Assembly (NCBI GenBank): GCA_964057225.1
Contig: OZ059898.1
Span: 8,122,001-8,186,000 of the forward strand
Origin: Auanema rhodensis
Taxonomy: Eukaryota; Animalia; Nematoda
DNA length: 64,000 nt
Reading direction: 5' to 3'
The notes under the pieces are model-generated. The model did no database searches, was not told where the DNA came from, and saw only the letters and a program-made list of their open reading frames with translations. Position numbers and translations under genes: made by a program. Positions 38,659 through 49,756 of the stretch are shown here, piece by piece (positions within the stretch are counted from its first letter, which is position 1; each line of letters begins with the position of its first letter).

Positions 38659-41600
38659 CTTCAACCTTTTTTACTTTTACCCAAGCCTCATTTTGAATCT
38701 TGTTCATTTCTTTTCAAATCTTTCTTCTTTGCTCTACTCACCTCGAACTATCAGTCTGTGTTACCCTGTTCGAACATAACACAATGCATTTCATGTACCT
38801 GTCTATCTAAATGCATTTCTAGACAGCTTCCTCCTCGACTACTCCCGCTTCTTTTCTCTCTTCTATCGCGACGTTCTTTCCACTTTTTTCTTTTCAATCT
38901 CGACGACGGTCAGATATTTCGTAGAAATTTGATATCCACCTGTATTCTTCATTGATTCAGTTTGTCCACTCTCTGTGCCCTCACACATACTTGGTGAAAG
39001 AATAGACATATTTTTATTTCTCTTTCTTCACTTACATCGTTTCCTCGACTCAAGCTAGCCGGTCTGTAAGACAGAGGTTGTCGACTTATTTTGGATGACA
39101 TTCGAGAGTATTGTGTTAAGGGATAAAATATTGCCGTGAACAATTTCATAAATTTTCACATGAAATCAAAACAAAAAAAAAATACAGTCACAAGGGAGAT
39201 GTCAGCTGTATTAAAATATAAAAAAAGAATAAACGAAACTATATAATCTTATTATATAATATAACTCGAAAGTTAAACACATGAGTGAAGCCAAGCGTTC
39301 TTCCTATTGTTGTTGTTATTAGGTGGCAAGATTGTAAAAGAAGCGTATATTCTATATTCCTTAATTATATAGATATGTTTAATTCTGTTGGCAAATAAGA
39401 TAATGAAAGCAAAGAATATATTGCATTAACTTACTTGGGTTTGCACAATACCATAGTCGACTTCCTCTCCTCACTGTTTCTATTCTCTCTAATTTTCAGT
39501 CTTATTCATTTCTTTTCTGGTCTCTCCTCTTAGTTATTCACTTGTTGTTACAGCCTTATTCAAACTGTGAATCATCGCGATCTCCTTTATCTATAAAGTA
39601 AATAAAAACATTAAATACATTCTGGTATTATAATTGAGGTTAATTTGAAACATTAACTACATGAAAATGAATTATAATATACTTTATTCAATAAAAACAT
39701 AATATTTTCTGATTTTTTTCTATTTCAGCTGTTGGTGTGGACAATGTATTCATCTTGCTTTCTGCCTGGAGGTCAACACCTTCATGTGCCAGCTTAGAAG
39801 AAAGAATGGGAGAAACTTTTGCGGATGCTGCTGTTTCAATCACGGTTACATCATTGACTGATTTTATATCTTTTGCTGTTGGATGTGCTACACCTTTCCC
39901 TAGTGTACAGGTAAATAATTTATATTATATTAACTATATACATATGATATTTATTCAATTTTGAGATGTTTTGCATGTATGCTGTCGTTGCTGTTATATT
40001 CACGTATGTCTATCAAATGACCTTTTTTGCTGGAATCATGGTCTACACAAATCGTCGTGAAATTGATAATCGCAATTGTTTTACTTTTCGAAAAATTTCA
40101 AAACAAAGCGGTATGTCATCTTCAAGAGTCGTTAAATAAAATATTTTTAAGGTTGGAATCCTTCTGCTGCTGAGACTGATAGAAGTTTTGAAAAAAACTT
40201 TTGGTTATCTCAATTTTTCCGAACAACTTATTCAGATTTTTTGCTTCATCCTTTAGCTAGATTTTTGATTATTACCTTTTTCATTGGTTATTTGGTATGA
40301 AGACTTGCAGTAATTAAATTGCTTCATCATTATACTTTAGGGAATAGCTACATATGGTTGTACAAATGTGAAACTTGGCTTAGAACCTAACGATCTTCTT
40401 CCTGATAATTCCTATGGAAAACGAACATTACAAATGACAGAAAAATATTTTTCAGGTTTTTAATAAAACCAAACAATGAAAAAATTTCTTTTATTTAGAC
40501 TATGGTTCTTCTCTGCATGTTTGGATGTATAACTTATCTCAATCCAATTTTTGAAACACGACGTATTTGGATTGCGCTTGAAGAGGAGTTGAAGTTATAC
40601 GAGCATACGGAATTCACAGGTGGAAGCGATTCTTGGCTTCGAACATTCCTGGCTTATGTCAAACAAGGAGGGCTCCTCATTACACAAGAGAATTTTGTGT
40701 ACATTTTAAAAAATATGTTTCTTTCTCAACCACAATTTTCTAAATATAATCGGTATTGCACTATTGTTTCTTAAAATTTCCAATTATCATCTTTTTTGCA
40801 GTGATGTGGTATTCGATGGCTCTGGCTCATTTCTTGATGCATCCAGGATTCCGGTTCAACTTCGTCATGTTGGAAGCGCCAATCAGAGCAGAGCCATGCA
40901 CCTATTCAGAAGCTTAGCGGAAACAAGCCAGTTCCCTACTGGAGTATATGCAGATTTTTTCCAGGTTATTTTATTCTTAACATCTGATTTTAAATTTGGA
41001 ATTGATTTTAGTTTGCTGAACAGTACAATGCTGTTTTGCCCGGAACCTTATCATCTATAGCGTATGCTGGAGCTGCTGTTGTTGTCGTATCTTTGCTTTT
41101 AATTCCTGAGCCGATTGCTAGTTTATGGGTATACATATCACTTTGTATTTATAGTAATTTAATTCAATGATTCAGGTTTCCTTTACAATTGTTTCCATTA
41201 ATATTGGGATTCTTGGTTTTATGACCTTTTGGAGTGTTCGGTTAGATTTCATATCTATGGTTACAATAGTTATGTCTATTGGTTTTTGTGTTGATTTTGC
41301 TGCTCATATAGCGTATAACTTTGCAAAAGTAAGTTCAAATGATCAGAATATTTTAAATTTTATTAATACTCAGGGAAAAAATGTAACAGCTGAAGAGAGA
41401 ATGCGAAATGCATTATATGCTGTCGGAGCACCTATTCTTCAAAGTGCATCATCCACCATTTTGGGTAAATTTAAATAAATACTATATTCATAATTGCCAA
41501 TGATTTAGGAGTATCCTTTATGGCAACTACTGAATCCTACGTATTCAGAAGTTTTTTGAAAACTATAGTTTTAGTAATTATACTTGGTATGCAAGTTTCT

Positions 41601-42147
41601 CATTATAATCAAGCATTCTGTTTTATTTCCAGGTGCTCTTCATGGTCTTGTTATTCTTCCCGTGCTGCTTACCATGTTTTACTGTGGTAATGATGGTCGA
41701 GAATCTAAAGTGAATAAACATGCAAAGCAAATCGAAGCTAAACTTGCAGCTCAATACACCAATGCAGCTCGTACAGCATCAATACAGGTAAAATCTACCA
41801 ATACTCTGTAATTATTTTGACATGCATTTCCATTTTAGTATCTAGCAGGATCTGATGTATATGATAGGCCGGACGATTATCACCAAATGGGTGCCCCCTC
41901 CATGCCACCTTCAACCAATGGAGCATCTTTAGGATTTGAATACCATGGAGCAATTCCTCGTGTATTACCTCCTGCGTATAGCGAAGATGTAGCCAACAAT
42001 GGACCCATGTTACCGATGAGAGCAAAACTGAAATACAGTAGTCAGCATCATAACCATCATCACAATCATCAACATCATAATCATTGCAATACATCTGGTC
42101 CAACCACAAAGGAACCCATTCCAGACTATACTTTAGATCGACGATAA
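33229..42147 (+). CDS. ptr-19: Patched-related (PTR) sterol-sensing-domain protein, PTR-19-like; ~20 exons
   Basis: MRFDCVERQFANLFGKYS/GIVVRHPLPF...AFMKDELELYTPTDAQAR. SSD motifs SVGVDNVFILL and AAVSITVTSLTD. Second GxxxD motif SIGFCVDFAAH, then ALHGLVILPVLL. The family is certain; the paralogue name is from memory and less certain. Confidence 0.9.
38561..38655. repeat. (CT)n microsatellite in a ptr intron
   Basis: ~95 nt CT/CCCT tract. Confidence 0.95.
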
Positions 42148-42669
42148 CTCATTTTAAATGTTTATGCCTAGCATATTTTAGACGTAATTACACGGTACTC
42201 GTGTTTGTCTCGACCTTTGCATGATCTCTTGAGCTCAATATATATTTATATCAATCAATCAGAATTTTGAGCCAACCCCGTGACTTTGCTTTCATGTTAC
42301 TCCTGATGAAATCTTCATTTATCTGGTTTAACATTGTCTCTCAATTTCTTAAAATTTAACTAATCATCATAACAGTATTCTCAAAACTTCTTTCATTTTA
42401 GATTTACTGGTAGAGTATATAGTTTTCATCATTTAACATGTGCTGGTAATTTTTCTTATTTTGAGAAATTGTGTTTTTTCTTTGCTCAATTTTCATTTAT
42501 CAATAAATTCTAACAATAAAAAAGAAATTTTTCATTTAGTTAAGACAAACAATATTACCAATTTGTTACAAACAAACTTATTTACATACGAAATGAATAG
42601 GTTAATATTGATCACAACAAGCTTATGGAAAGATATTTGAATATAAATAAGTACATTATTAGTACAATT

Positions 42670-45600
42670 TTAGATTTTCGTTCTTTTATCATGAAGAGCT
42701 GTGAAAGACAGTCCTTTACGTTTCATGGATGGTTTTTTTTGGTTCCTAGCATTGAAACGATGCACTTCAGTGCTTTCTTTATTAGATATCGACATATAGA
42801 TATCTCCATTTCTCAATCGCCCAACTATATGAGCATTTTGGCATTCGAAGACTTCCCTTTCATCCATGATAGTTCTAAAATAGTTTGTGAGGACAATAAC
42901 AATTGCTAACAACTTACGGGGAGTTGGGGCCGCTGCAATCGGCAACTCGTACAATTTCAATGGAATCGTAATGAATAATATATAAGAAAGGAGCAGTATA
43001 TACAAATTCCATTGGCATTTGCTCCCATTCGATCAACTTTTCTCTTGTTTTAGCTCCAGTAATATTGACGAACATTCCGTAATCTCAAATATATCTATAG
43101 TAATTATAATATGAATTGCTCTTACTTTGATATGCGAGAAGTAGTTCTGTCTCAGATATTGGTAATATATTAATTGGATAGTCAGCTACATGAGCAGAAA
43201 CGAGAGCTCTACTCTCTGTCGGATTTGCTAACAAATCGACATGATAGAAAGTATCAGCACCATAAAATAATCCAATAGGACTTGATTCAATACACATTGC
43301 CGGTTCATTAGTATGGATTGACTGATACAACAATTATTCAAAAAATTAGTTTTTAAATTTACCTGATATGTCAAGAACACATCTCTTGCAGCATTATATT
43401 TCAAAACTTGGATTCTTGTAGAGTCTGCGACGCAAATAAATCTTTGGCCATGATGCTCGTAATATTTCAACAAATGCAAGTGATCACATCCGGTGATGAG
43501 ATCAGGACGGACAGAAGGAGTAGCTGACATGAGTTGACTCTAAAAACCCGTACTGAGTAATTATTTCCAAATAAAATGAATCAAACCTTCAAAGTTGAAA
43601 CTGGAAGAAGAGCCAATGAACGAATAGAACCAACTATCATAGCAACCATATTTAAATCTTCAATGATTTCCATCTGATATTTATCATTATAAAGCGTTAT
43701 GTTTTAATAAATTCTTACAGCAATTACAGAATTGAGTCCACTAATTCTTAGGGGAACTCTTGGAGACGAAAGTTGGGTGAAGAAAAGGCCTCCTTGTGCA
43801 CCAAGAATTAGAAAATCGTCAATGATCTGAAAACAAGCAAAATTGAAAATAAGTGACCAAAATCAATATTCGTACCGCAGTTGTGTGAATAGTTAGATTG
43901 TTAGGAGCAGAAAGAACTAATAGACAAGATTGTTCGCTGAACGAACTCGGCTTTCGAGTTAAAACCATTCTCCTAGTTTGAGCAGACTGTAATGCTTCGG
44001 CCCAACGTTTAGCTGTACCAATTGATTGAGCTAACATGTAAATGTTTCGTCTGAAAGATTATTAGATAACTGTTGTACGACATATAGAGCCATCATACCC
44101 ATTCATCTTAACGAGAATGATACCAGAGGTATACGCTTTTTCAGATCCTCGTATCTGGATAGGAACTTCTGCTCCTGCACGAACAACAAATTGTTCCTTC
44201 TCTAGATCGATTCGGAGGAAAGGCTTCGCCAGGTCACTGACTTTATCATGGTTAAAGAATGATATACTTCGACGATCCATCATAGCCCACGCAGTTTGCC
44301 ATTCCTTAGAGTTGCTATCATCACTAAAAATTATTCATGAGATAAATGATTAGAATCAATAGGTATTGCCAGAATAATTTGATCCATCCATTCAATTTTC
44401 CATTTGGAACTGAGTGATTATCCAAATAAAAATTGGCACATTTATCAGGCAAACCACATGTATTTACTACACGAACAGAGCACTGAGTGTGAACAATCAC
44501 ATTACAATGAGTACACCGACGAGCTTTTCCAAACTAAATCTAGATTTAAATAAAAACTGACATTTATGCTTACCGTGGATACGCCAATAAAGCAAACAGC
44601 ACATTTAATACTAAACAATCCCAGATTTCTCAAATCCTTCCATCTATGCGGAATATCATGTCTCATAGTTCCTGGTGGTCGAGCTATGCTCGAAAGACTT
44701 TTAGCCTTCTCAGGCTCTTCAGATACTATAGGAAGTTTCTCTTCAGAACTGCTCAGACTTTTCAATGGAGCAGAAGGCTGGTGAGCAGGAATAACGGGCG
44801 GTGGCATATCCTTTCTTTCGTTTAATCCTTAAAATTCACCGTAAAAATCAAACTTTCTGCTGAATTTACTCTTTCTCTTCTCTTCCAATTCTTGAAGCAA
44901 TACAGATTTTTGATTTTCCAAGTCTTCCACAACAACAGGATCCACTATTTCTGTGATGTTCTAAAATTCGTGAATAAGCTAAGAATAAAATAAATAGATT
45001 ATACCATTGAAACTTCACTTGGGGTTCGGAGAAGGGTACTGCGGCGACTAACTTTAGGTAGCTGTTTTGTATTAACTTGCGATTGTAAATAAGCAGTCAG
45101 GTTTTCATGCTGATTTAAAGCTTCTGTGAGAGAACTGATTTCCTCCTCGTATGTATCCTTCAAAAAAGGTTCATTTACGTAACATAAAAATTTTACTCAC
45201 AGTATTTTCTTTCATGGATGCTATTTCCTGAGCCATCTCCTGATTAAGTTCTCGTAAATCATCAGAATCTTTTTTATACTTTTCAATTTTTCCAACAGCA
45301 CTAGATAGCCCTTGTAAAAGGTTAGCATTTTCATCTGCAACTTTCTTCTCACGAACACTAATCTCTTCAACCTGAAACAGACCCTAGAAAAACAAAATTA
45401 TTCTCATACATACCTGAACCAATAATTTCTCATTTAATTCAGATTGTTCTTTTAGTCTTCGCTCTGTCATTTTCAAAAGATGCTCATTTTTCTTACATAA
45501 TTCTTCTAATTCTTCAACTTTGGCAGTCGATTGAGGAGATGGTACAGATTTTTGAAGCTCTTTTTCCTTTTGCATATGAGAAATTTCAGAGCGATAATCA

Positions 45601-47995
45601 AGGTGAATTTCTTTGATCTCCTCCTAAAAACAGAAACTCGTGAACACATTATCACAAACAACAAACATACAGTCAAATTTCGATTCTTCAAAACTAATCT
45701 ATCTTTCTCTGCTCTTAATTGATGCAACTCTGATTCCATGGATTTAACATTCGAGAGCGAAACTTCAAATTGCCGAATCTTAATACAGTCAAACAATTAA
45801 AATATAAAATCTCAACGTACTTTTTTAGACAATTCATCCACATCAGACCTGGCTTGTTTGGCCTCGTTTTCAGCTTTTATCTTACGATCCTTAATATAAA
45901 AATGCTTCTTTCAAAAAAAGATTTCAAATATACCCTGTATTGTTCGCATTGAGCATCGACTTCATCTAAAATTTTCTTTAAGCTTGCTAATCTTGAAACC
46001 ATTCTAGCATTATCATCTTTAAGATCTTTGGTATCAGCAGACTGCTTGTAAGACACTTCCAATTCATCATTAAGAAGAGTGATCTGAAAAATAAAATATC
46101 TGAAAAACACATATTTCAATTTTATAACCTTTTGCTCGTGTTCAATTATAGTAATTTCGAGCTTCTTGATCTGATCAAGTAAAGAATTGTTTTCTCGTTC
46201 TAATCGACCTTGTTCGGTAAGAGCTTCTGTCAGTTCATTTTGAACTGACTGTAAAGCTTTCGCATCAGCTGCATTCTTTTCTAACTAAAAAATATTCCAC
46301 TGTTAAATATCATAGGCTGAAAACTGACCTCTTGGCACTTTGTTTTCAGGGCTTCATGTTCTCTTTGTAATTGAATCAGTTGGAGCCTCATATCTGCTTT
46401 TTGCTGTTTAACCTAGTAAACATATTTGTTAAATAAATACTAAAAGCAGTAAAAACTTTTTCTGCTTCATCTACTAAATATTTATTGGTTAAATGTTGAC
46501 TGCCTTCTATGTCTTCCAGCTTTTGTGTAAGTTCCTCAATTCTCTTTCTTGAAGTAATTTCCTTATCTTTCCAATTTTCGATATCCTAGTAACAGATATA
46601 TTGTCTGTATTAGTAATTACTAAATACCTGTAATAGAGTCTCCTCCTTTTTCTTTAATTCAGACATTTTTTCATTAGTATGAGCTACAGTAGCTTTGAGT
46701 GATCCAACCTCCTCGTATAGATCTTTAGTCTAAAAGAATTAGATTAAAAAAGAAAATAATTTAAAAACTACACCATTTTATTAAAACTCATTGCACGTAT
46801 CTTATAGATCAAATAAACTCATATAATGAATTTGAAACTAATACAACTTCATAATAAATATTTGTTTTATGAACAATATACAGTTTGGGAAGCGGAAGTC
46901 ATTAATGAGCAGAATAGTTATGAACATTCCCGCCAAATTTTAAAACATGAACAAACCTCATTTGAGAGCCTAGTAACTGTTCTCTTGGGAGTGTTAATAA
47001 TATGAGTTCTCAATGTTCTTATTTCATTCAGGAATACGGTAGACTTATCGGCGTCGTCCTAATATTGTTCAAATCATAATAAAAACCATTCAGCATTATA
47101 TACCTTTGTACCAGTTCTCTCCAGAAAATCATCAAACTTAGCTTTAAAAGCTTGAGCCTCATCTAAGGCAGATTTAAGTGTCTCAATTTTAGTTAGTAGT
47201 TCATCCTTTTCGATGGATGCTTTAGCTATCTTCTCTTCTAATGAACTTATTTGATTAGTATAAGTCAAGAGAGATTGTGCATGATCACGAGATTGGTCAA
47301 GAATTTTATCTTGCAATTTGGATACCTAGTTAGGTTATACAATAAAAATTATTCCATGAAAGCGTACCTCATTTTGAGCAGCTTTGTACAGATCTTCCAG
47401 GTATCCCTCTTTATTGGTTTGGTTTTTTTTGTGTTTGGAGAGTTCACTTTGCTAAAAATAAATAATACAACTTAAATACATGTATGATGAAAATTACTAA
47501 AACTGAATTTCTTTCTACTTCTTGATTGCATTCTGCTTCTAAATCTTGTACGCGTTTTCTCAAAATAGTAATTTCTCTTTCTAGAGATTCTATCTCTTTA
47601 CTGAAAAGTCAAAATTAGAACAAAAATGGATAGAAAATATTAACCCATTCAACTTTGAATCTGCATAGCTTGTTCTTTTTTTTGATTCCGTAATGCTAAC
47701 ACTTTCACGAATAGTTACAGTTTCAAACACATCCTAAAGATGAAAAACGGATTAAAGTTTCTCAAAACTTACTACACCTTATTACTGTCTTTCAGTATTC
47801 TTACAACATTTTCATTTTCCATAACAGTACGATCCATATTTTCAGACTCATCAAGAATGTCAATTTCAATAACCTAAAACATATTCTAAAGGCTTTCAGA
47901 AGCAGTAATGTGAAACATACCTTAAGTTTTGGAGACAATGCTTTTCGTCTTGGTCTCGCAGGAGATCTGATTGGCGTTGAGTACTCAGACTCCAT
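42670..47995 (-). CDS. Citron-like coiled-coil/C1/PH/CNH protein without a kinase domain; ~26 exons
   Basis: Starts MESEYSTPIRSPARPRRKALSPK, followed by a long heptad-rich region. C1 zinc finger HDIPHRW..KCAVC..RRCTHCNVIVHTQC..VVNTC. PH domain LNGWIKL..W..AWA..AKRWAEAL. CNH domain DDFLILGAQGGLFF..LLLAYQNYGMFVN..W..MP..F. No kinase motifs upstream of these domains. Confidence 0.88.
46927..46937. promoter_or_regulatory. E2F/CDE-like site TTCCCGCCAAA in the long intron of the citron-like gene
   Basis: Exact E2F-type motif in a 227-nt intron, whereas neighbouring introns are ~45-55 nt. A CHR-like TTTGAA lies at 46831-46836. Confidence 0.5.
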
Positions 47996-48132
47996 CCCCA
48001 CCCACAAAAGATAAACTTAAAAATAAATAATGAAAAAATAAATTTTAAAGTCATAACCAATGAAAAAACAATTAACGAGCAATTATAATTATCATAATTT
48101 TACCGTACTCAGTAATAGGCGTCCTCAGAAAT

Positions 48133-48214
48133 TTTGAATTCGAGCCATAAGATTTTTGGCGGGAAAATAATACATTTGAAAGACGCCTGCTACCGGCATA
48201 TGTATACATTTGAA
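48133..48214. promoter_or_regulatory. E2F + CHR (DREAM/DRM-type) element cluster upstream of the citron-like gene
   Basis: TTTGGCGGGAAA at 48155-48166, and TTTGAA at 48133, 48175 and 48209, about 140-220 nt upstream of the ATG. Confidence 0.55.
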
Positions 48215-48411
48215 TTGTGACCTTATATATTATTTATGAGCGCACGAGCTTCTTGTTTAAAATAATTGTATTATTATAAAAGCCACTAAAACCAATATTA
48301 AAAATTGACAAATTTATTAAAGCAAAGGTTTGCAAGGTTAACATAAATTGACAGAATTCACAAAAATTAATTGTTTCCAACAAGCAGATGATAACATTTC
48401 CTCGAGGTAAA

Positions 48412-49425
48412 CTATTTTGAAGATACCATCAGATTTTTTCGTTTCTGCTCCAATTGCTCTTCATACATTAGCAACTGTTGCATAAACCCGTTGTTTGGTT
48501 TTGCAACTGAAAAATTTGTATGATCGAAGGATGAAAGGTGAACAACCTGGTCTTATTTCTCTTATTGTGTTATATGCGTCATGCAAGTTTTCACCATGAA
48601 CTTTCATCATATATGCCAAAATTAACGTTGTAGAACGCGATATACCAGCATTGCAATGTACAAAAACCTAAAAAGTAGAATAATAATTTATGAAATGAAC
48701 TACAACTAGCACAAATTAATACTTTATAACTAACCTTTCCCCCCGCTTCTATAGCAGATCTCATAAAATTAACTACTTCTTCGAAATAATCAATTAGACG
48801 CATTGATGGTAAATCTATAGCATCAATGTACTTGTATATAAAATCGTTACTGAAAAAATTAGGAATTCCACTGGCAGCATTAACAATATGAGTTATTTTC
48901 AGTTTTTTTAGCTCTTCAATTTCTCGGGCCGCATCTTGGCTTCCTAGATACATTGAAATGTTTTTATTTAATTCAGTAAATATACCTAAAAAAACTCCTT
49001 CGCAGCATTTAGCAATCTGCAAATCAGGTTTCAAATCCAAAACAAATCCCATTCGATGACAATGACGATCTAAGAAAAAAATGAAGAACAAATAAAAAAA
49101 ATTAAAAAAACCAATGTGGGGGTTATCTACCCGCGAAAAGCTGCCATCCACATTTCTTCTCTCTTCCAAAACAGTTCCGTCTTCTTGAACTACACTAAAG
49201 ATTGTATAATAAAGAGCTCATTTGTTAGGAAATGTATCATAAATACATGTTAAAAAAATATTGCTCTAAGAATGATTCGTTTGAAATTATACGAAATCTT
49301 GAGAATATGATTTTTCTTAATACAATTTAAAAAAAAATTAATATGGGATCAGCAGGTTTCACTTACGTTACTACAGTTTTTCTTAAACTTCCTTTTTTGT
49401 CCTGAATATCCGACAACAAAACCAT
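48412..49425 (-). CDS. DUSP19: Atypical dual-specificity phosphatase, DUSP19-like; 6 exons
   Basis: MVLLSDIQDKKGSLRKTVVT..GFVLDLKPDLQ..FLGSQDAA..KITHIVNAA..IDLP..VFVHCNAGISRS..PNNGFMQQL. The catalytic HCxxGxxR is intact. The N-terminus and GSQDAA match DUSP19. Confidence 0.9.
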
Positions 49426-49756
49426 CAAAGTGATTTCAATAATGGTATTGGTTGCTACTGCTGCAAACGCGCCCTAACGCGAAGCGTCGCAAAATCACTG
49501 AAATCGTTTGAACAGGAAACTCCCGGGACGTGACCCGCTGATCCGTTATATATATATCATGTTTTAGACTCGTGTATTAATTTTGTATTTTACTATATTC
49601 TTAGGAAAATTTTCTGAATAATTCAATAATATTAGCAAGCTTGAAAATTTCGTAGAATCGGTTAAATTACTCAAATGGTTAAAAACAAACTTTTAGGTTT
49701 CTTATTCTTAGCTCCCCTTTGTTCAAAACAGGGACTAAGTAGAAACTATATAAAGT

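Noticed and set aside
38479-38955. 158-aa SL-repeat ORF
   Set aside because: Artefact of the (CT)n microsatellite.
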